Shown here piece by piece: positions 10,618-23,300 of a stretch of DNA of 64,000 bases (positions are counted from its first letter, which is position 1; each line of letters opens with the position of its first letter). The position numbers were made by a program, and so were the translations under genes. Origin of the DNA: Thermodesulfovibrio sp. (GTDB lineage: Bacteria; Nitrospirota; Thermodesulfovibrionia; UBA6902); NCBI GenBank assembly GCA_026982355.1, contig JALSHG010000046.1, positions 5,314-69,313 on the forward strand. Reading direction: 5' to 3'. The notes beneath the pieces are model-generated. The model saw only the letters and a program-made list of their open reading frames with translations, did not search any database and had not been told where the DNA came from.

Positions 10618-11534
10618 TCATGATTATCCGCAAAGGCATTCCTCTGATATTACTTGCTACGCTGCTGTTTGGCTGCAACGGGCGGCAGCCTGCGGAAAAG
10701 GACGTACCGGAGAAAGTCAGCGTGCCGGCGCCCGCCGTCCAGCCCCCCCCTGCGGAATACGCAGTACTCCTCGGACCGGCCAACGCGACGCGACGGAGTG
10801 TCATATCGTTGAATGCGGACAGGGCGATACTGAAAGATGCCGAGATAAGCTGGTATGTCAATGATACCAGGGTCGAATCCGCAAAGGGAACCCGTTTTGC
10901 CTCAGAAGAATTAAGAAAGGGGGACATTGTCCGCGCGGTGGTGGTCAAAGGCAAAAAGAGATTGCCTTCAAATGAAATAACAATAAAAAATACACCCCCC
11001 GTGACGCTCAGAGCCGAGTTGTCGCCCGCCATGCCGAGGGCCGACTCAACCGTAATAGTTAATATAAAAACCAGAGACATTGACGGCGATAATGTGACAT
11101 TCAAATACAAATGGACCGTAAACGGCAAGTTTGCGGGTGAGGAGGAATTTCTCGACGGAGACCTTAAGAGGGGAGATATAATCACCGTGGAAGTTACTCC
11201 TTTTGACGGCGATGATTACGGACAGACCGTGAGGCTCAAAACGGAGATATTCAACTCCCCCCCGGTTTTCTCGGCAAAACAACCTTACCTGGACGGCAAC
11301 ATCTATAAATACCAGGTCGCCGCCACTGACCCCGACGGCGACAAGCTCACGTATGCACTGAAGGAGAGCCCCGAGGGCATGAGCATTGACCCGGCCACGG
11401 GCATGATCACATGGAACGTCTCTTCGGAAAATGAGGGCGTTTATGACATAAAGGTATCCATAAGCGACAACAACGGCGGGGAGATCATCGTGCCTTTCAG
11501 CACGCGGATAAGCCTGGGCGGGGAATCCGAGTAG
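10614..11534 (+). CDS. lipoprotein with tandem beta-sandwich repeats and C-terminal cadherin-like (Cadg/He_PIG-type) domain
   Basis: ATGA overlap with the pilY1 stop; lipobox LLFGC; internal repeats (ISWYVNDTRVES... / FKYKWTVNGKFAGEE...); C-terminal YQVAATDPDGDKLTYAL...PEGMSIDPATGMITW motif typical of dystroglycan-type cadherin-like domains. Confidence 0.6.
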   Translation: MIMIIRKGIPLILLATLLFGCNGRQPAEKDVPEKVSVPAPAVQPPPAEYAVLLGPANATRRSVISLNADRAILKDAEISWYVNDTRVESAKGTRFASEELRKGDIVRAVVVKGKKRLPSNEITIKNTPPVTLRAELSPAMPRADSTVIVNIKTRDIDGDNVTFKYKWTVNGKFAGEEEFLDGDLKRGDIITVEVTPFDGDDYGQTVRLKTEIFNSPPVFSAKQPYLDGNIYKYQVAATDPDGDKLTYALKESPEGMSIDPATGMITWNVSSENEGVYDIKVSISDNNGGEIIVPFSTRISLGGESE

Positions 11535-11540
11535 GCATTG

Positions 11541-11625
11541 ATGTTGCATAAACCGGCAGGAGAGTCCAACCTAAGACCACCTGACTCTCCTGCCGGCGGG
11601 CGGTGTTTTTATGCCGCTGTAAGGT
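11541..11625 (+). repeat. MITE/REP-like palindromic element, short form (copy a)
   Basis: atgTTGCATAAACCGGCAGGAGAGTCC-15 nt-GACTCTCCTGCCGGCgggcggtgTTTTTATGCcgCTGTAAGGT; a 15-bp perfect stem flanked by inverted TTGCATAA/TTATGC arms; lies in the gap between the lipoprotein gene and queD. Confidence 0.85.
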
Positions 11626-11996
11626 TATGATTCGAAATACGTTGCCGAAGCCCCCTCGTTTTCCCATACCGTAACCGAGGATATGTCGCACCTGTCCTTT
11701 CCGATCCGTTTCCTGATCGACTCGAATATCCACTTGGCGATATTTTCGGAAGAAGGATTCTTTTCGGTGAATGGAAAGACTTCATTTAAAAATGAATGAT
11801 CCAGAGAGGCGATAACCTCGTTTGTTATCTTCTTCAACTCGTGGAAGTCTATAACCATTCCGGCATCATCCAGCCTTTCCGAGGAGACCGTTACCTGCAC
11901 CCTCCAGTTATGGCCGTGCAGTTCTTCGCATTTGCCTTTATATCCCCTGAGTTGATGCGCTGCGGAAAATTGTGATTCCACCATTAGCTCGTACAT
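11625..11996 (-). CDS. queD: 6-carboxy-5,6,7,8-tetrahydropterin synthase QueD
   Basis: 123 aa; FSAAHQLRGYKGKCEELHGHNWRVQV motif of the PTPS/QueD family (CxxxHGH zinc site). Confidence 0.85.
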   Translation of the reverse strand: MYELMVESQFSAAHQLRGYKGKCEELHGHNWRVQVTVSSERLDDAGMVIDFHELKKITNEVIASLDHSFLNEVFPFTEKNPSSENIAKWIFESIRKRIGKDRCDISSVTVWENEGASATYFES

Positions 11997-12011
11997 AAAA
12001 CCTCCCGGAGA

Positions 12012-12332
12012 CTACCGACCGTCTTCAAACTTGAAAATAATTTCGCCCTCTTTCGTGAGACCGTATTCCCTGGCGAATTCCTCGATAAGGGCTGGGTCCT
12101 TTTTCAGGGTCTCTATCCTGTTCCTCATCTCTTTGTTCTGTTTTTCAATCGCCGCGGTCTCCATCAGGAGTTTATCCCTTACATCCCGGAGCTTCATGTA
12201 TCTCACGAGGCCGTTTTCCCCGATGATCAGACTGACCATCAGGTAGATGGAGAGCAGGACGGCAAATGTAACAAAGGCCAGTTGTCTCCTCTTCCTGCTC
12301 TGCTGAACCTGCCTGCGCCTTACGTTACGCAT
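12012..12332 (-). CDS. ftsB: cell division protein FtsB/DivIC (septum formation initiator)
   Basis: 106 aa; N-terminal TM helix then coiled coil (LRDVRDKLLMETAAIEKQNKEMRNRIETLKKD); the position immediately downstream of eno is conserved. Confidence 0.75.
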   Translation of the reverse strand: MRNVRRRQVQQSRKRRQLAFVTFAVLLSIYLMVSLIIGENGLVRYMKLRDVRDKLLMETAAIEKQNKEMRNRIETLKKDPALIEEFAREYGLTKEGEIIFKFEDGR

Positions 12333-12345
12333 TTAACCGGACCCC

Positions 12346-16032
<3,687 letters not shown>

Positions 16033-16138
16033 AGAATACTTTACAACAGTCGCGGTTTTAGTTCAAGATTATTGAAACTCGAGAGCGAATAATTGTAAAA
16101 TTTATCATCTACAGATTATCACGTATCATTAAACCCCG

Positions 16139-16200
16139 GTGTTGCATAAACGGGCAGCGGGGGCCTGCCCGGCGCCGGTGTTTTAAAACAAGTGCAAGGC
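16139..16200 (+). repeat. MITE/REP-like element, degenerate copy (b)
   Basis: gtGTTGCATAAACGGGCAGcgggggcCTGCCCGgcgccGGTGTTTTaaaac...gtgcAAGGc; left arm intact, right arm decayed; in the divergent kdsB/PP-loop promoter region. Confidence 0.6.
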
Positions 16201-16219
16201 AAACCCGGAGATACATGTT

Positions 16220-17248
16220 ATGGCAAAGGCGGTTGCATTATATTCAGGCGGTCTTGACAGCACACTGGCCATACTCGTGATGATGCGGCAGGGTGTCGAG
16301 GTAACGGCCGTGACCTTCTTAAATCACTTCGGCTGCGATGTGGGCGACAAGTCATCCTGTTCAAAGGACCCGTTCGCCGCTTCAGTAAAGTTCGGTTTCC
16401 GGGTCAAGCTCTCGCACCTGTCGGACAAGTTCCTTGAAATAGTGAAAAATCCCGAGCACGGCCACGGCAAAAACATGAATCCATGCATCGACTGCAGGAT
16501 TCTCATGCTGAAGGAGGCAAGGGAATTCATGAAGCTCCTGAACGCCGACTTTATCATCACCGGCGAGGTCCTCGGCCAGAGACCCATGAGCCAGAGAAGG
16601 GAGTGTTTCCCCATGATCGACAAGGCCGCAGGCGTGAGGGGCATAGTCCTCAGGCCCCTGAGCGCAAAATTACTCAATCCTACCATACCCGAGCGGGAAG
16701 GGCTGGTCAACAGGGAAATGCTGCTGGATTTCAGCGGGCGTTCAAGAAAGCCGCAGATGGCCCTCGCAGAGGAATTCGGATTGACGGAATACCCTGCGCC
16801 TGCGGGGGGATGCCTCCTTACAGAGCCCAATTATTCGGCCAGACTAAGGGACCTGCTGGAGCATGACAAAGACCCCGGGCACACGGACATCAACCTCCTG
16901 AGGCTCGGCAGGCATTTCAGGTACTCCCCTGACTGCAAGATTATCGTGGGAAGAAACAGGGAGGAAAACTCCGCCATCGCATCACTCGCCGGTCCGGGGG
17001 ACCGCCTCCTGAGGGTGGAAGGATTCGGGAGCCCACTGACCCTGATGCGGGGCTATGCAACAGGTGACGGGCTGGCTGTCGCGGCGTCTCTGTGCGCGCG
17101 GTACTCCGATGCGAAAAAACTTCCGGAAGTGAACGTGGCGGTCTCGGAAAACGGCAGGAAACATTATCTCCGTGTCCGGCCCGCCGGTGATGAACTGATA
17201 GAGCGTTACAGGATCGGGATGAAAAAGCCGGCCATGGCTCCGGGGTAA
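16220..17248 (+). CDS. PP-loop ATP pyrophosphatase, ThiI-like tRNA sulfurtransferase family, with an extra C-terminal domain
   Basis: SGGLDS PP-loop at the N-terminus; NPCIDCRILMLKEAREFM and ITGEVLGQRPMSQ motifs parallel ThiI (CCxxCK...TGESLGQVASQT); about 130 extra C-terminal residues; no THUMP domain. Confidence 0.55.
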   Translation: MAKAVALYSGGLDSTLAILVMMRQGVEVTAVTFLNHFGCDVGDKSSCSKDPFAASVKFGFRVKLSHLSDKFLEIVKNPEHGHGKNMNPCIDCRILMLKEAREFMKLLNADFIITGEVLGQRPMSQRRECFPMIDKAAGVRGIVLRPLSAKLLNPTIPEREGLVNREMLLDFSGRSRKPQMALAEEFGLTEYPAPAGGCLLTEPNYSARLRDLLEHDKDPGHTDINLLRLGRHFRYSPDCKIIVGRNREENSAIASLAGPGDRLLRVEGFGSPLTLMRGYATGDGLAVAASLCARYSDAKKLPEVNVAVSENGRKHYLRVRPAGDELIERYRIGMKKPAMAPG

Positions 17249-17261
17249 CAGCCACTAAACG

Positions 17262-17345
17262 CCGTGCGGGATATTTCCTGAAGGAATCGCAGATAAAGGA
17301 CTTCCCTGCCCGCAGGCGATGTTTTTATGCCACTGCAAGGTATAT
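17262..17345 (+). repeat. MITE-like element, right half of the long form (copy c)
   Basis: cgccgtgCGGGATATtTCCTGaaGgAATCGCAGATAAAGgacTTCCcTGCCCGCAGGCGaTGTTTTTATGCCACTGcAAGGT aligns with the right half of the long copy at 32290-32410. Confidence 0.7.
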
Positions 17346-17366
17346 TTTGATAACTAAGAAGACATC

Positions 17367-20300
17367 TCATTGAAAGCAAGCACAGGATCCACTGGAATCG
17401 ATCTTCAGTATCCACATATCATTCCAGGTAGACCCTGAGCCGAAAGAACGGGTACTTCCGGAAGCAATGTAGCCGCCATCAGTAATCTTTTTTATAACGT
17501 TTATCACATCATAATGTGCGGTACCATATGCCTTTTGCCACTGGATATCGCCGGCTGAATCAATCTTAAGTACCCATGCATCCTGATTATTAGAAGAGGG
17601 AGGAAAGAGATTGGCTCCTATAATGTATCCGCCGTCACCGGTCGTTTGAATATAGGGATTACCATCAACATCATCGACATTCAGATATTCTTTCTGCCAT
17701 AAAATCGTGCCGTTGCTATCCGTTTTTATAATAATCAGATGCGTTTCTCTAAGATATGGCCATTCTTCACCTTCACCAGGTGGCAATTCACCCTCTCCCA
17801 CCGGAACCACCCCTGGTGGCAATTCTCCAGAGGGCTGGACAGTAACTGTACCGGCAATAACATATCCATTATCATTTGTTGTCTCTATGGATGAGAAATA
17901 AATGTTTTCGTAAACTGTCGAATTATATCCCTTAATCCATTGTATTTCCCCGTCATTATCAAATCCGATTAACACGGGAGTGGAAGGCAATCCACTATAC
18001 TTATTTTCAGTTATCCACCCAACAGCAATAAACCCGCTATCAGCAGTTTGTTTAAAATCTGAAATCCCTGAATCGCTTAAATCGCCCTGATGATGGAACT
18101 TCCACCACTGTGTCTGACCATTACTGCCGAGTTTCAGTAGCATGATGCCATCCTGCCATCTTTCCTGATCTCGAATGTATATTTCCAGTCTGCCGATCAA
18201 TACATATCCTCCATCCATTGTCTGCCTTATCGAGGTAAAAGAGGTATGTCCTATATCATAATCCATCAACCCATATATCATCGCTCCGTTAACCACTTTA
18301 TTCCATATTATGTTTCCGTTTTCATCGAGTTTTATGACGAGCGGACCCGCTTCATTAACCTTAATACTGCCACCCAGCAGGATGTATCCACCATCAGATA
18401 TCTGATGGATCTCAAGAGCACCCTGATGAGCCGGATACCATAGTTGTTTATCCCATTCCACCTTCCCATTTGCAGAAAGTTTGATTGCCCTGATATCCCT
18501 GACATTGTCATTGTCGTACTGAGTGGTGGTTCCGGCTATTATGAATCCACCATCAGATGTCTGTTCAACATAATTGGCATTCATAGGCCCAAACGCCTTA
18601 GACCAGGTGTTATCTCCTTCAATACTAACAGTAGCAGTTGCCTCTAACCCGATACTATCCGTTACCCTCAGAGTCACGGCAGTGCCACCGCACTGAGAAT
18701 ATACTGTTTGCCCTGTATCTATGACTTTTATATCTGAGGGAACTTTCTGATGGAGATCAATACCCATTGGATAGTTCATGATACTACCGCTTTCCACTAA
18801 TGTGGAATCTGCCACCATTGCATCAGTCTCATAACTGATATTACACGGCTGAATGTTTACGATTGCGGTACCATTTCCATTATCAATAAGATTGATTGAA
18901 TCAGGCACAGCCTCATTACCTGTGCCTATCAATTCAAAGGTATAAGGTGGAACACCGCCACTTGCGGAGAATCCCTGTTGATCACCACATTGATCTATCA
19001 GAGCAACCGACGGTGATAACAACAGAGGCGGAACAACCATTATGGTTACGTTAACCTTCGCGCTCCCGCCGTTTGATGTTACGGAAATTGTATGCTGATA
19101 TACGCCTGGCTCAAGCCCTGTACGGTCGACACTTGCTACAAGCCTCTCGAATACTCCGGGGGCTGTCTCACCACTCATTAAGGAGACTGAAAGCCATGAG
19201 GGCAGATCATCAGTAATGCTCCAGTTCAGCATGTCTGTGTCGCTTGTGTTTTGAATGGTAAGCATTGCCTCAACTTCAGTTACGCCCAAGTCTATGGATG
19301 CAGGCTCAACAGACATGAATGGCGGAATACCGTAACCTGACAGGCTTACATGAACCTCGGATTCATCAGGGTCATCCGAGAGGATGGTAAGGTCCGCCCA
19401 GTGGGTGACATACACCTGACTGACCGGATCATAAGTTGCGGTTACAGTACAATTCCCTCCAGGCGGAAGGACGGATGGACAGTTGTTCGTCCGGGAGTAA
19501 TGAATCGACGTGCCGACAGATATTTCACGGATATGAAGATCGGCAAGTCCTGTGTTTGCTATTGTTATGTCCCGTGATTGGGTGGTGCCAAGTGGGACGG
19601 CAGAGAACTCTATACTGTCAGGCGTCACCTGTATATCAGGTCTTGCTATAACATTTGCAGCTATGTTTACATCAAATATTCCCTCATCCGGATCATTGGA
19701 CTTTATGTGTAATGTGCCTCCGTGAATGCCTGCAATAGTTGGTGTAAGTGTAATGGTTGCGGTACAGCTTCCCTGAGGCGGTAGTATCCCCGGACAGTCA
19801 TTAGTCTGGCTTAAAGATGTTGAACCGGTCAGGTATATGGAAAATATCCGTAAATCCGCCTCTCCTGTATTTGTAATTGCAACATCCTGAGTCCGTGTAT
19901 AATCACCTGTAACGTCTCCAAAGTCTATGCTTGCGGGGATGGCGGAGATATCGGGTAGAGTGAAGTTAACGGCAATGGTAAGAGGATTAAGATTCTGATC
20001 GTTTATGAAAACGCCTACGGACTGTATATCAGAAGGCACACAATCATTAATTTTTATCATGAAAGTGTCACGATATTGATAATCCAGATCTGCTTCAGCA
20101 GGAATAATATTGACCGGATATACGCTGTAGGGTGGAGAACCACCAAATATCTTGAACACCTGTCGGTCATTGCACCTGTCCATGGTGACAGTCTCAGGAT
20201 AAACAGTGAGGGGCCATTGTCCCTTGTCCCCTTCATAGAACACATAGAGCATGCCCGAGTAATCCCGCCATGTACCCTGCTCGAAAGGTTCCGGGGCCCT

Positions 20301-23300
20301 TGCAAGGGGGTCAATAATAAGCACATCGTTTCCTGCAAAGGGGTTAAGGTCTCCGATAGTGATAAATGTGCCGAAACCCTGTTTCCAGCCGGGATGTGCC
20401 TGGTCGCCTTTGAACATGAAATCCTCAGGGACACCTGAGCGGTCTGTAAGATGGATCGTTCCAGAAGGGAGTGTATCCGAGCCGTAAAAGCCCCACACAC
20501 TGCCCGGAACCTCTGAGCTTATTCTGCCAGGGGCGCCAACCAGTAAATCCTCGTACCCATCGCCATTGATATCACCGGCAGCCAGAGCTGCCCCGAATCT
20601 TGAGAGCACGGTTGAACCGTATATCTTCGCCATTGCACTGTGAGCTTCTCTTACTCCTGTATCAGATACAGGTCTTATTATCCCTGCCGGGAACTGACTG
20701 CCTGAAAAGATGTATACCATCCCTATCCGGGATTCCTGTATCTTTTCAGTAACAGGAGACCCGGACCATCCTCCACCCACTGTATATTCATAATCAAGAA
20801 ACTCTCCAGGACTTCCAAGAATCAACTCCCCTTTTCCATCCCCATCCAGGTCGGTTATCAGCATTGCCTTTCCAACCTCCCATCCGGGTGTAGCATCGTG
20901 ATACGATTCTCCAAACTCTGGACCAAAGACCACCACATACTGTTCTCCATTGTAAGTATATGCATTCAGAACCCTGTCACTTCCGCCGAAATCATTTCTG
21001 CCATAAAAGATAAATGCAGCACCCTTCCTCAGGAAGCTGTCATAACTCCTGTAATATCGGGGGGCGCCAACCACCAGATCATCCAGGCCATCTCCGTTGA
21101 TATCGCCAACGGCTATCCCTTCACCAAGGCCATCCCCCTTATATTCTGTAGTGAATATCCTCTGCCACTCACTCTCGCCCGTTATGACCACACCGTCTAT
21201 AGATGAAGGAATATTATCTACTATAATGTTTTGCGGCAATTCATTATTGCCGAAGATGACATAGACCTTTCCTGACCAGTCTATATCGGGCTGACCGGGG
21301 TTGAAGGGTTGTCGTGGTGCGGAGACGATAATATCCCCGTAATTGTCACCGTTTAGACTGGCCACCGCAACCTGATAGCCCAATTCCCGAAAGTTATCTC
21401 CTCTGATACGAATATCATATTCACCATAGGGGATATCATACCAGCGATTCCACTGTTCCCTCGGGCGTCCATAATAGATATAGGCAGCACCGCCAGTGTG
21501 GCCTTTGGATCCAACATCTTGATGTGTATCTTGAAAAGTGTCGGGATTTAAAAGATGAGAGCCCTCCTCGTTCAGGTCTGTGCTTCCGATGAGTAAGTCA
21601 TTTATGCCATCCCCGTTTATGTCCCCTGTGGCAAGTGAGTTTCCGATACGCTGGCAGAAATTGCTGTCCGGAGAATAGCAGGCTGTATAATCTCCCGAAA
21701 TGACCACATCCCAGTAGATATCCGTGGCATTTATATCCAGGTCCATGTATTGCTGTCCCGTGGGCAGGGAAACCCCCTCTACAGGACCGAAGGCTATATA
21801 TACTGCCCCCATGTACTGCCCCGGTCCGGACTGGTCCTGTGAGACACCTACAATCAGGTCATTGACTCCGTCACCTGTTATGTCACTGACCACTGCAGAT
21901 CTGATGTAACCGTTCGGTTTTCCAAATGCAATCAAGTCCTGGTCCGCCCAGGCGGCACTCTCGACACCCTTAAGGGCAAATTCCCCGGCAAACTGCCCAT
22001 CCCTCCCATAATCAACATCCAGCATGAGACTCACTTTCAGATTTTCACCCTGAAGTCTGCGAAGCTCCTCCGGCACTATGAATGTAAGTCGATCATAGGG
22101 TGCCCCCTGGCCAATCTCTACACCCAAAACAATCTCAACCGGGTGCGTGGGAGACTCTCCTGGATACCAGTCATTGACCCCGAACCTTACAACCATATCC
22201 TCTGGATGAGGGCTGAAGTGATCGCCAATTATTGATACTCTATCGCCTATGTAACCACTTGAGGGAATAATCTTATGAATGACAAGGTCCTTCCATGGAG
22301 GTAATCCGGTGCTTACTGAAGGGCCTTTTCTCCAGTAATCCTGATTGTATGGATCATCACGATCAACCAGTTTAAGTTCCATCCTGCCGGGATCATCAAA
22401 AATGGAGGTGCACTGAGTCACAAATGAGTCCGTATCAAGTTCAGCTATGCAGGTACAATCGACCTCATCACCGTTCCAGTAGACTTTGAACACATCGCCG
22501 CACATGGTACTAAACCCGAGTCCCCAGACATACCATCCACCATAGATATCATGCCAGTACATTCCATCGATAATCGGCGCCTCAATGACCGTGGTCTCGA
22601 AATGCTCGGGATACTCGGGAGGGTCTGCCAGACATTCAGGAGTCATACAGAGTCTGTCAGGGTAGTGATAAGGACCGCAGGAACCCTGGACATCAATACT
22701 GACATCCATCCTGTCCGTGCCTTCAGGCAGATCATAGACCCGGAGTGTGTGGATGTCTGCACCGATATCAGGATTGTCTCCGGTGGTAATATTACTTACA
22801 AGAGAGGTGTTCAAACTTTGAGCGGTTGACGGAACATTTACATCCTCAATGGTTATCCTGCCGACATCTATATCAAGGAGGTCAAGCACCACCCTGCCGA
22901 TTGTAGAAATCCTGCCTATAAATCTATTGAATCCGCCATTAGAAAAATCGGTATAGAGACCGAGTGTGTCCGAGGTGCCGGTAAACAGGATGCGAGGGTC
23001 CACACCTTCATAAGGACCGACCGCATCAATATACCAGCTTGCAGCATCTGCCTGTGTTGGGACAAGATTGAGGATATCCCTGATTATATAGAGTATATCA
23101 AGAACCCCCTCGACAATCTGTCTTGCGGTCTCTAATACAGGCAAAGCAGGCTGACAGACGAAAAAGCAGATCGCCTCGCCTGCTATCAATGCACGATCGA
23201 CCCAGCGCAGGATTCCTATAATATCATTCAGTATTCCGAGGACTTCACCGACATTGCAGATAGCCTCTCCCGTTGTGGAATGGCTTAGAATCTCATTTAT

